A stretch of DNA of 64,000 bases, taken from assembly GCA_036172245.1 (NCBI GenBank), contig JAYWIR010000005.1, positions 1,612,001 through 1,676,000 of the forward strand, given 5' to 3'. The stretch is from Raillietiella orientalis (lineage: Eukaryota). The position numbers and the translations under genes are program-made. Under the pieces are notes generated by a model. The model was not told the DNA's origin, did no database searches, and was given only the letters and a program-made list of their open reading frames with translations. Position 1 is the first letter of the stretch, and every line of letters begins with the position of its first letter. Positions 38,588 to 49,953 of this stretch are shown here, piece after piece.

Positions 38588-40379
38588 CTGGCTGCATCCG
38601 CTGCAGGCGCGTCGCGGCGCTCCGCTGTCCCAGGCGGGTGCACCTACGCGACCGCCCGCGCGGCGTGATTTACTGGCGGAAGAGGAGGCGAGCAGGTGGC
38701 ATCTGCATCTCTTCGCTCCTCCCCCTTTCCTCCATTGTTCTCCTCCACTTCCTGCTCGCCGCCGCCGCCGTCGACACGGCATTGTCTTGCCTGTCTGCCA
38801 GCGCATCCTGCGCGTCGCCTTTCCTGGCCGACGTCCGGCGGGGACGTCGCCTCCTCGAGACGGCTGCTCCGCGGACCGGAAGCGAACCTCTCGCGCTCTC
38901 CGCCGCGACGACGATCCTCGCGGAGGAAGAGGCGCAAAGAGCAGCCGCGGTGGCGGCGGCAGCAGCGTGTTTCCCCGCCTGTCGCCCAGAGGAGGCGGTC
39001 CCGCCTCGTTCGCGAGACTCTTCCGCACCCTCCTCTGCCCCATCCTCTCCCTCCGCGAGAGGATCGGTCCCACAGGCGCCGAAACATCCTGGGCGGGGCG
39101 TCAGCAGTGTGCTCGGACCGACGAGGAACTCCTGGGCAGGACGAAGGGTGCAGAGGTGGTGTCTTTCTGCTGAGGAGGAGGGAGGACTTTCGCCCTCTCC
39201 TCTCGGGTAGGGCAATGATCCCGCAGGTGCGGCGGCACCCACCGCCGAGCGGCTGGAGACGTCAAGAGGCTCCGACCGGCGGCGGTCCCATCAGGAACTT
39301 CCGCTTACGGCCTGCAGCTTCCTTCCCCCTCCCTCTGGGCTGCTTTTCTTAGTTGCCTCCTCTCCTTCTGGAGCAAGGGCGCAGCGCACTGGGCCGCAGA
39401 CCTCCGAAAGTCCCTCTCTTGGTCTTCCACCGCGTGGACATTCGAAGGGATCCTGGGGTATTTCTGGAACTGCGCCGCCCAGGGCTGCAGCTAGCCTCTG
39501 CAGGCGCGGTGGACTGCCCCTTCGATCCACCGGCTGGAGGACAATGGGACTCCGGAGCCGTCGCTGACTCTACCTTGGATCAGTGGGGGGCGACTTTTTC
39601 CACAAGCATCCCTGGCGTCTCTCTCCAGGTGCCGGGGATGTCAGTGGAACCGCTCGGGATGGGTGTCCTCTCTTCGAGCGTCGTCTTGCCCTTTTCGCCT
39701 TCCCCAATGGAGGTCCCGAGGGTCGTAGGCAGCTCCCGAGCTGTTCCGTGGACGTCCGCGTCGTCCTCGACCAAGGAGCAGGCGGGGCGGCTAGCGCCGC
39801 CGATCGGCGATTCCTCCTCAGGACGACGGGCAGCGGTGGGGAACACCAGGAAAACCTCGGGCACTGCTCCTCCTGGCTGCTATACAGCACGGTGGGGGGG
39901 AGAGGAGGGGGCTCCGAGGACGCGTGAGCACGTCCAGTGTGGCCGCCGGAGGAACTGGTATCGGATGAGTGCCGGAAGTTAGCGGGACGGAGTCACTTGC
40001 ACTACCGCTGGTGCGCCGCGTAAGAAACGACCGGGATGGATGCGCCCGGTCCGTTCCAGGACTCCCGTCGCTCTTTGCCTGCCCTCCCCCCAATGCCGCC
40101 CAAAAGACGGACCACAGAACACGGAGGTCCTCCATGGAGTCGCGACACCGTCTTCTGCCTCCTCGTCACGGCGGAGGGCTCAGCCTCCGGAGGATGGAGC
40201 AGGTGGAAGCGCAGACGGCTGTGACTCAGAAGGCCCACACCGGTGGCCCAAGACGGAAGCACGTGCCGGTGTGGGAAGCTACCGCGCCCACTTCCGAGAC
40301 GGGAGACCAGCTGGGAAGGATTGACACCACGCTTCGGCAAGTGGTCAACTTGAAGAAGGAAGGCACCCGCATCTCTTGC

Positions 40380-42240
40380 TGACCCGCGCGCCACAGCGCC
40401 CGGCGGTGCAAAGCAGTGAACACGTGGGCGAAGGTCACGGAGACCCGACAGACCAGAGCACTCCACTTCTTTGCGACAGCGGCACTTCGGCGAGCGAGCC
40501 CTCGCGGATGCCGCACGAGACCATCCTGGGTCTCCCCGCGCGACCCCCCTGCTTCAGCACTGTCCTCCGTAAGAGCGAGCGAGCGCGCAGTGGACAACCG
40601 AACGAGAAAGGGGCTGCGAGAACGCGGGAGCCAGGCAACCCCATGGCAGACGGACGGAACGACAAGCGCAGAGCCGCCAAGCGCCCATCCCGAGGAACCA
40701 CTTGCTCCTCCAGGCAGGCAGCCGACCTCAACACTCCTCCGGAGACCCGGCAACAGTAGCCCACGGAAGTTCCGCGCCTCCCTGACTCTGCTGCCGAGCT
40801 GCAGGTCCCCCCTGCAAATCTCGCCCGCCTCTCTGCAAACGAGGAAGCGCCGTCCCCAGCTGTCCCGTGGGGGGGGGGGGGGGGGGGGGGGCGGACGCCC
40901 TACCATCGCGTGCCAGCGGTCGTACCGCTCCACCCCAAGAGGTGTGGCTGCGACCAGCAAGTTCTGCAGGACAACCCAGGAGACGTCCAAAGTGCCTCTT
41001 CGCGCGCTGCTACCTCGACCTTTCCACCGCCTCAGGGGCGCCTTTGCGACACGACGCGAGCGTACCTTGGCGAAAAGAGGACGTCAAGATCCAGCAGCCG
41101 CGGGAACGTCTGACGGATGAGGCAGGGAACGCGGAAAGCGGAACACATCAGAACCTCATTGCTCCGGAAAAGCAGTTGCAGCAGCACCGTACGGGAGAGC
41201 GCAGGAGAACGTGACTGGGGACGTCTGAAAGAGGCGGGCGATTTGCGGTTACACGTGAACCAGTACTGAAAATACAAGCACAACAAGCACAGGACTCAGC
41301 TGGGAGTCGGGGAACTTCAACGGGATAAGTAGGGTCCTCGGCGGAAGCCGCGGTTGGGAAGCAGGAGCTCCGCATCCCTCGGCTCCGACGACCAACTGTT
41401 CCGGCGCCACCTCGGAGGCAGAGCGGAAAGCCGTGCTCTCCCGTTCCGCCTGCGGGCGAAGGTCGCGAAAGACGAGCGAAGAGTGCGCGCCCGAGTGCCG
41501 CCAGACACTTCCCGATCCGAAACCGGCAACCAGGACCCCCCGTCGAACGAGGAGGCGGAAGGAGCTTCCCATCGCACAGTGGATCGAGGAAGGGACGCGC
41601 GCTCTCGTCCATGGAGTCCTCTTCCGGCGATGGCTTCGCGAGCCCTTCCCTTTGACCCAGGGGAAGCTCCGGGCGGAACGCGCGAGGGGCTTTGCCCTTT
41701 TTCCGGCCCTTCGGTGGAGCGAGCCGTTCGGTCTGAGATCTCAGGGAAGGGGCGAATCTCCCGGGAAGTCTCGCACCCTCCAGGAAGACTTCGGAACCCC
41801 CACGTCACCGATGCGGGGGCGGCTCGTCGCAGAGATGCTAGTAACTCCATCTCCGCGTCCTTCGTCTCCACAAGATGGCGGCGACTCTTTCGAAGTCTTG
41901 ATTGTTCTTGATTGTGGGGCTCTGGGGCCCCAGCGAGCCGTCTCCTAGCTTGTGGCTCCGTGCGGATCATCCCCGAACCAACGACCTTCTCTCCCTTCCC
42001 ATCCTCTGGATATGAATCCTCTCGAAAGTTCGCGTTCATCTCCTGCCTTTCCAGATGATTCGACTCGGGAAGCCCGCGGGAATGCTGCTTCCTCCCCTCC
42101 CCCTTCCCTAGGCTCCTTCCCCTAGGCTTCCACCTGCTCCTCGTCAGTATCATTCGGAATCCTTCGACCTTGGCAGGAGCCAACGCCCCATCCCGAGCTC
42201 TTGAATTTTCTCCTTTCTCCTTTGTTGCCGCAGACCCGGA
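40380..42240 (-). mobile_element. Decayed LINE 5' part (gag-like ORF1, then the start of an AP endonuclease)
   Basis: A basic, gag-like broken ORF at 42183-41150 is followed by VVLQNLLVAAT, which resembles the LQ.NL....AAT start of R1/LOA-type APE domains. Confidence 0.3.
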
Positions 42241-42249
42241 ATCAGCGGG

Positions 42250-43060
42250 CGGTTGTCACAAGGAGCGACCCCCGATGAAGCCGAGCGCCCAGCCACCGCC
42301 TTCCTGACGCCTCAGGGGAAGTCACTCTTGTGCCGCGCCTCAGAACCCACCCACGGAAAACTCTCGGGGTCCAAATCTTCCTGCGGAAGGTGCGACTCCA
42401 CTGCGAGCAGGTGCAGAAGGAATGGGGACAGTGGTCACGGTTGACCTTATCCTGCGGGGACGGCGAGCACCGTGCCGTGCTTGGAGAGATGCTGGGAGGA
42501 CGGAGAATGGGACGCATATGGCCTCCAGCGCGACTCCAAGAAGGAGGGTTAGCTGGAGGTGCGTGCTCATCCATCCCTGCCCGTGGAAGGCCGCACCACT
42601 GGGGGCGGAGCGCTCACAGAGCCTCCGCCGCTGCACGCGACGTGCTGTTGAGCGCCTTCCGAGCCGGAGAAGGCGACCAGAGAGGCCCGGCAGAGGCCCA
42701 GTAGACCGGCACATGGCAAAGGAGAGGAGAACCGGTGACAGGAGCACGGCATCCGCCTGCGACTCCCCAGCACCAGCCCTAAGTGGGCTCTGGAGGGCGG
42801 CCGGAAAGGTGTCTTCAGAAGGGGCACCACTGAGGGAGGCATTGGAGAAGGCTAACGGCAGCGACTGCCCGCTCTGATAGACAGGGAACTGCTGGCGCAG
42901 ATGCACCGAAGGAACCTCACGGGACGCGGAGGTCTCGGGGTCACTGGTTGACCACGTGTAACTCCTCGTCTCCTCCTGGGAAGCGAATCCTTCAGCTCTA
43001 GTAACCTCTCCAGAGACTGCCTTTTGTTGCTGCTCGCAATCCCGTGACCCCAGTCATCGC
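42250..43060 (+). mobile_element. Decayed LINE RT-thumb remnant
   Basis: RKTLGVQIFLRKVRLHCEQVQKE resembles the conserved KYLGV.LD..L.F..H...V..K block, and is followed by AYGLQ (cf. YG...W). Confidence 0.45.
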
Positions 43061-43871
43061 GTGCCATTCAGACCACCCACTCGTCCATCCACGCGTCTCC
43101 CTCCACCTCCTCTTCCCTTCCTTCCTTTCTCTTCCTCCTTTTCTTCTTCCTACCATCTCTTCTACTTCCCTTCCTCCTCCTCCTCTTCCTATCTACCTCC
43201 TCCATCCCTTCCTCCTCGTCCTTTCTTCCTTCCCCCTTCCTCCTCCTTCTCCTCTTGCTTTCCTCTTTCCTCTTTCAACGTCCTCTTCCCTTCCCCATGT
43301 AGTGGGATCGAATCATCTGAGAGGCGTCGATGACCTCTCGGGAGATAAGGAGCGACGCGTGGTCAGCCGGAGGCCCCGACCCCGCCGCGTCCAGCGAGGT
43401 TTCCCTCCGCGCACCTGCGCTCCGTGGCTCCCCGGCGAGCATGGCGCGCTTGCTTGCTGTCTCCGATGGTGCCCTATCGGGAAACGCCTGGAGGCAAGCG
43501 AAGGGTGGGTGGAGGTGGAGAGTCGGATCGGAGCAGCCGGGGGTGGGAGCGGGGAGGATGGGGTGCTCCCTCTCGCGGTGCCGGCGTCGGTGGGAGACAG
43601 ACGCGTGCACGCTCCCTAAACGGCGGTGGAGTGGAGGCGGGGCGGGAGGCGCGCAGGGGTCTCGGGGGCTCCCAGAGGGAACAAAAGGGCGGATGCGCGG
43701 GGAGGAGGGGGCGGAGGCCTCTTCTGCGACTCTGGCGAGAGCCGTTCGCCCCGCGGGGACGGCGCCGCCAGCGGGAACAATGAGGGTGCGGGGGTGGAAG
43801 TCCGCTCGGGAGCGGCGGAAAGTCCTCGCCTGCGGCGGCCGTCGCCGCTGGCAAAGAGGAGGCTCCCGGGA

Positions 43872-44985
43872 GGTCGCGTAGCACGCCGCACCCGTTCCGG
43901 GGCAGGTAGGTTCCCGGCGCGGCAGGTGCTGATAGGGGCGGACCAGGGCAGAAGCGAGGGCGAGGCTGCAGCGGCGCTTCCCTGCCGCGGCCGAGGCGCA
44001 AACTTGGTCGGCGGGCGCCCGCAAGGGCCGCACCGGATCTTCTCGGGCAGGGGCCGGATAGGGCGGAATTTTCGACAAATGGAGGGTCACGCACGCGTGC
44101 GCTCCACGGACCGGACCGAGGGCGGCGGCGTATTCGAAGGGAGCCCGGGGCGGCAATGCGTAAAGAGGCGGCGCTGAGCCGCTCCACCTTTCTCCTTCCT
44201 CCCCTCACCTCCATCACCGGCGCGCGGCGAGCCCCTCCATCTGCCGCTCGTGGAGCCTCCTGGAGCCGCGAAGTCCCTACCGCCGGTGTGATAGAGTAGG
44301 GGGGCGGAAGATTACCCCGAGCTTTGGAGGCGTGTCCGGAGACGCACTCGGGCGCCACGTTGTGCTCGCGGGAGCTTTCGCAATGGCAGCCAACGTAGCC
44401 GTAGGGCCTCCTTCCTTGGCCCAGGTCGTCCTGACCTAGGAATTCGGCGGAGCACGCGGGCGGCGGCGGGAGTGTCTCGTGCGTGGGCGATGCCTTCCTC
44501 CCCTCCTCCCCTGGCGCACGCCTCCTGGCGACTCCCGTCCGGAGCGTCGTCCCGTAGTCTCGGAGTCGCAGCTCCACATCCCAGCGTTCCAGCCGACGAA
44601 CCCATTTGGTCGAGCGTTTGCTGCCGCCCGCGGCGCGCGCGGGCGATGGAGGGGAGGGGAAGAAGAAGGAGGCGGAGCTGCTCCGCGCCGCCTCTTTACG
44701 CATTGCCGCCCCGGGCTCCCTTCGAATACGCCGCCGCCCTCGGTCCGGTCCGTGGAGCGCGCACGCGCGTGACCCTCCATCTGTCGAAAATTCCGCCCTG
44801 TCCGGCCCCTGCCCGAGAAGACCCGGTGCGGCCCTCGCGGACACCCGCCGACCGAGTTTGTGCCTCGGCCGCGGCAGGGAAGCGCCGCTGCAGCCGTGCC
44901 CTCGCTTCTGCCCCTGGTCCGCCCCGATCAGCGCCCGCCGCGCCGGGAACCGACCTGCCCCGGGACTCTCGGTGCCACTACGACC
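43872..44985. repeat. Long inverted repeat: arms ~43872-44226 and ~44634-44985, spacer ~400 bp
   Basis: The left arm ...GGACCGGACCGAGGGCGGCGGCGTATTCGAAGGGAGCCCGGGGCGGCAATGCGTAAAGAGGCGGCGC... is the reverse complement of the right arm ...GCGCCGCCTCTTTACGCATTGCCGCCCCGGGCTCCCTTCGAATACGCCGCCGCCCTCGGTCCGGTCC..., with scattered substitutions. The ORF track shows matching peptides on opposite strands. Confidence 0.95.
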
Positions 44986-45539
44986 CAACGCGCAAGAAAA
45001 CGAGGTGAGGGAGGGGGGAGGGCAGTAAAGCCCCGCGGCCAACTGGGAACCCGGGATCGCGCCGGGGACCCCGAATGGACAACGGGACGCGGGCGAACCC
45101 GCGGGTGGTCTACCCGAGGAAGCGCATCCTCCTTGGAATCGACACTGGCAGAGGCGTGCGCGCCCATCGAGAGCTGAAGCAGCCGCCCCGCCCGCCCCTC
45201 CGAGGCCGGCAAAGAGACGCCCTCGGGCGAGGATGAAGAGGCGAAGCCGTCGCGAGGCGACTCCTAAATTACCGGCGCCACCACCACCACCTGTCGCCTC
45301 CAGCCACTGCCAGTGCCAGTGCCTCCAGCACCACCGCCCCGCCCGCAAACCTTCGCTGCCGTCCGCGCGCGCTGCGCCACGCGGTACTCGCTCGGCGCGC
45401 GCGGGGACTTTCGCCCACCTCAGGAGAAGAAAATCGATGAATGAGCGGAACTGTCACAAAGTAGCTCTGGGGGGGGAGGAGACCAGGAAAGAAGGGGGAG
45501 GAGGAGGGAGAAGAAGAGAGAGAGAGAGAGAGAGAAAAA

Positions 45540-46800
45540 AAAGGAATTTGATGGTCCATAAATCTCGACGGATGGCGCTCTGCCGTGGACAAAGCTGTCG
45601 CGGAAGTACCGCCGGGAACGCGCCGGCTCGGAAAAGCCGTTTTTAAGTGGGAATTTCGGCACGCTCGACGCAGCGGCAGGCGGGCGCGGGGACGGACGCA
45701 AATAGAAACGGCGCAGCTCGCGGCGGCTAAATATAGACGTCATAAACAGACGTCATAAATCGCGCGCGCTTACGCGAGCAGCGGCGGCGCACAGCGAACG
45801 CTCGCGCGTACGCCCCGCGGGTGGAGCTTTCCGCTCCCAGAACGTCCCGGGAGATGCGTGCCCCGGGGTCGGGCTGCTGAAGCGGCCTCCTCGAACGCTC
45901 TCCCGCCGTCGCGCCCCGTGCGCGCGCGTCGGTCGCCCCTCCGCCAGGGCGTATTGGCGGGCAGGCCGGTCGCACCTCCCGCACCCTCTCCGTGCATCTC
46001 TTCTTCTCCCCTCCCCCTCCCCGTCCCCGCGCCCCCCCTCCACTCCCTTCCCGCGCGCGCGCAGCTCGTCCGGGATGGGACCGGTCGACGTAACCAGCCC
46101 GCTCTTCCCGGCTCGCCTCTCTCACACGCAGGACGAAATGAAACACACGTTTCTGTAAATAGAAATGAACATCACTGACAGCATCATTTTCGGGACGCTG
46201 TCATGAAGGGAAGAATTATGTCTTGCGTTCGGGAGCTTTGAGCAATTACGCCATGACAGCTGCGCGTTCGAAACGTCAAGTCCGTGCCACTGCAAACGAG
46301 GGCGCCTCATCCTCCTGGCGGCCGGAAAGCGAAGCAGGCGCGCGGGGGGAGAGCGCGCGCGTTTCTTTCGCCTCCGGGAAGGCGCGCAGGTGCCGCGGGC
46401 GCCGGCCGACCAACCTCTCTCTCCCTTCCTCCTCCCGCGGGCGGGGGGGCGCAGGATCGAGCTGCTACGGGGGCCGGTCGGCGCTCGTCCGCTCCTTCGG
46501 GGAGGCAAGCCGCGCGGGGGTGGGGGGGTCGTGCCGCGACGGTCCCCGCGCGGGAACCGGCAGCGAGGCTCTCTCTCCTCCTCCTCCTCTCCCGGATCCA
46601 CAAAGAAGTCGCTCGAGATTATTTGTTGACTGCGACGGTTCATTTTTCTTCCGCTCCCCCTCGCCGCGCCACTCCCGCGCGGCCATTTTCCCCGCCGTAA
46701 ACCCGGGCATCGATCAAATGCGCTGATCGCCGGATTCGTCGTAAACGTCAAATTACCCCAAAGTGTCTCGTGTTTCAGCGGGCAGATTTATCATCCCCGG
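45540..46800. promoter_or_regulatory. Putative enhancer cluster upstream of the noc-like gene
   Basis: CCATAAATC at 45556, Su(H)-type GTGGGAA at 45647, MEF2 CTAAATATAG at 45727, tandem AGACGTCATAAA at 45735 and 45748, three TGACAG (Hth/Meis) sites at 46176, 46198 (reverse) and 46254, and GATTTATC at 46785. These AT-rich words sit in very GC-rich DNA. Confidence 0.45.
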
Positions 46801-47216
46801 AGCGAGTCTGGGTGTCGGGGAAAACAGCCAGCTCTTTATTATCCCGGACCGCGCGCGTTCCTCCATCATCCGGCGAAAAGCGCCTCCGAGAAGCGCCTTT
46901 TGTCCACGAGAAGGAGGGGGAGGAGGAAAAAACTCCGCCCGCCCGCGCCCACCAGAAGCCTCTGCGGCGCGACGCGACGGGAGGGAAGCCGAACGCGGAG
47001 GGCAAAGGAAGACGCAGCACGCGACGGGCACGACCCGGGAGGGGGTAAGGGAGGAAACTGGGGCCAGGGAACGGTGGGGCCGCCTAAACGCTTGCCCGTG
47101 CCCCCGCCGATGCCTCCTTCCTTCACCTCGAAGTCCCGGGCCTCTTCGAAGGGGGGGGGAGGTCGCGCGGAAAGCACAGGGGAGGATGCTGGGCTGAGCG
47201 AGCCGGATGGACCGCC

Positions 47217-48177
47217 GCCGGGTGCGAGCGAGCGTGCGCAGGTCAGCGGGGGGTGGGCTGCAAAAAGAGGGAGGAAAAAAAGACAAAGGAGGGGCGGTTT
47301 TCCTGGCAACCGGGCGCTGCCGACCCGGTTCGAGAGGTTCGTCCTGAGGAGGGGGAGGAGGGCGCGCGCGAGCGAGCGCGCGACGGCGAACCTCCGAAAG
47401 GAAAATCCACTCATTCTCCGGAGGAAGAAGGGGACCATTCGTCACGCGCACGTCTTCCTGCCACGGCTGTTGCTACTCCCTCCGCGACGATTTATTAGCC
47501 CTTATCTGCGAACAGCTAACAGCACCCCTTTTCCTTGGGAAAGAAAAAAAAAAAGCGGGAAAGAGGAACCCACGTTCCCTCCCCCTCCGGCGTGACGCGA
47601 AGGCGAGGAGGCCTCATCACTCGGCGGGACGCGGCGCCTGCGCGGCGAAAGGAGCGCGCGCGCGCGAGCCCATCCTCGTCGCGAGGCTTGCTCGACGGTG
47701 CGCGCCAGCGGCGTTTCCCTGGCTTTCGGGGAGGGGGGGAGCATCCGCTCCCCCCTTCGTTCCCGGATTCATCCGGCCTCTCTCCCCGAGCGGCCCGGCG
47801 CGGACCGGGAGGGGGGGGGGAACCCATCTCCCTCTTGCGAACGTCACCGAAAGAGTCGAGCGCTGATCCCGGTTCGAGCCTGCGCAACGAACAGTTCGAT
47901 TCCCGGAGAAACTCCAGCTCATCTTCGGGCCGGGAAGGAGGAGGAGGCTTCGGGAAGGTCAGCTCGTGATCGATTAAGGAGAGAGTCCTGCTCGGCCACG
48001 CAGCCGGGGGCGAGCGAGAGCGCGCAGGTCGGCGGGGGGCGAGCTGCGAGGAGAGGAAGGAAAAACAGACAAAGGAGGGGCGGTCTAACCGGGCTACGGC
48101 GGCCACGGCGCGCCTCCCGGGGTCCCGGAAAAAAAAAATATAGAAAAAATCTGCGCGGAGGGCGCGCGCGCGCGACG
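47217..48177 (+). repeat. Diverged ~100-bp direct duplication (47217-47315 and 48003-48094), with further matching downstream
   Basis: GCGAGCGAG.G.GCGCAGGTC.GCGGGGGG.G.GCTGC....AGAGG.AGGAAAAA.AGACAAAGGAGGGGCGGT occurs twice. GGAGGGCGCGCGCG..GCGCGACG also recurs after each copy. Confidence 0.85.
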
Positions 48178-48279
48178 ATCTTTTCGGACTGCTTCCAGTT
48201 ACGCGACTTCCTTTTCACGCTTCCCGACGCCCCATCGGACACGATGGATGACCACCGCTGCTGTTTTCTCAGAGAGAAT

Positions 48280-48720
48280 TCCGTGATTAAATCACCATAG
48301 AGGGGGGGGGAAGGGGAGAGGGGGGAGGAAGAGAGAGAGAGAGAGAGAGAAAAAACACACACACACATACACGCACGCACGCACACATCACTTACATTCT
48401 CAGGGAATTTTCGTTATCTTGCGCAGTTCTTTCCCCCGTCTGTCTTTTTCACGAGACATTTCTTCAACTGTCATCCGAGGGAAGAACAAATTCATAACCA
48501 GTAGTTTGCGGTTTAATCGCCTGTCTGAAACGCGCTGGTTCAGCTATCATATCTTTGATGCTTCCCCCATTAAGAAGGACAGACACCCAGCATGCAAACT
48601 GTCAACCCAAGGGCTTTTCTTAACACAGCGCGAAAAGGGCGCTTTGTGCATTTGTCAAGCTGCTGAAACATCCGAAATCCGGAGTGAACGGAAAACATCC
48701 GAAACATTTCGACCTGATGG
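48280..48720. promoter_or_regulatory. Putative conserved non-coding element / enhancer
   Basis: An AT-richer, non-repetitive island with palindromic GTGATTAAATCAC at 48283-48295, TCF site CTTTGAT at 48553, several TGTCA sites and TAAT/ATTA cores. Confidence 0.4.
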
Positions 48721-49905
48721 CTTTCCGCGAGCGCGGGATACGTGGCTCCTCGTCTCCGGCCTTTTTCTGTGAGTGCGTGCCCGCGCGCGCGTGTGATTTC
48801 TTTTTATTCCTCCTCCTTTTTTTCCTCCTTCCTTCCTTCCTCCTCCTCCTCCTCGCCTTCCTCCTCCTCGAGTCGATTTCGGTGCCGCGGAAGGCACGTG
48901 CAAGGAAAGAAGACTCTCTCCCGAACGCGGCCGGGTTTGGAACCGACAGGAGGTTCTTCTCCCGCAGGGCGCGAGAAGTTCCCGGCTGCAAGAGGCGCGC
49001 ACGCGGATTGCATCCCTGAAGATGGTTGGTACACGAAGGAAGGAAGGGGAGAGGGGATCCTTCCCTCCCGATGAATGCGAGAGTCGTTTCTTCCTTTTTT
49101 TTTGTCTTGGGTCCCCTAAGTCGGCTGCACCGCGGTCGCAGCAGACCGGGGAGCCGCGCCGCCGCGCTTGGCGTTCTTTTTGATGGCCTCGCGTTCGTCG
49201 CAATCGGGGCGAGAGGCCGCCCGTCCGGGCCGGCCCGAGCGCTCCTCGCGTGTCCCCTCCCCCACCGGCTCTGCGCGCTTTCCTCCTCCTCCGGTCTTCC
49301 TGGTCCTCCGGGAGCCCAGCACGGAGCCGTCACGCGAGGGGGTGCGCCCTCGGCGGGCAAGAACCGGGCCGTTCGGGCTCGCTCCTCCAACAATGCGCCC
49401 GGTGGTCATCTTGCCTGGTCGTGCACATGTGCGCATCCGAAGGCACGCATCGCAGTAAAATCCTACATATATACACACTTCCAGGTAAATATGCCTGCTT
49501 ACGAATCATCATGAACGCCACTGTTTCTAAATAACTGTTCATGACGATCCTCACATCCCTCTCTGGAGCAGCAGCAATCGCGCTTCACATGCACGCGCGC
49601 GCTAAACACATTCATGCATGTGAAAAGAAGGAAGATCTTCTTGGCCATATGTAAATTTTTATGCATGCATGTCGAATTATTCACGTGGCACATTTTATAT
49701 GCACTCTGTAAAAAGAAGGGAGGGAGAGAGGGGGGGAGGGGGATATCATGTAGGTAAACTCTTGAGCACAGTGAGTGTCTGCGTGATTTTGTTTTTTTGT
49801 CGGTTTGCTCTTTGCAGGAAATCTCGTTTCCGTGGTTGCAACACGAAGAAACACACCGGCCCGTGCTGAAGAGCGACTTTTTGACTTCGCACTTCGACTT
49901 TTTGA

Positions 49906-49953
49906 CTTTACTGGCACAAGGTGTGGCGCGCGCCACACCTTGTGCCAGTAAAG
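49906..49953. repeat. Perfect 48-bp spacerless palindrome
   Basis: CTTTACTGGCACAAGGTGTGGCGC|GCGCCACACCTTGTGCCAGTAAAG is its own reverse complement. Confidence 0.97.

Noticed and set aside
37764..39173. 469-aa ORF with a Lys/Arg/Glu-rich block
   Set aside because: The charged block is the translation of a polypurine low-complexity tract.
39350..40380. Possible LINE RNase H remnant on the + strand
   Set aside because: The motif resemblance (WTSAS, SGTESLAL, WSRDT) is too weak to support without a profile search.
43474..45348. 624-aa minus-strand ORF, the longest in the track
   Set aside because: It is Arg/Pro/Gly/Ala-rich with no domain and runs through both arms of the inverted repeat; stop codons are simply scarce at this GC content.
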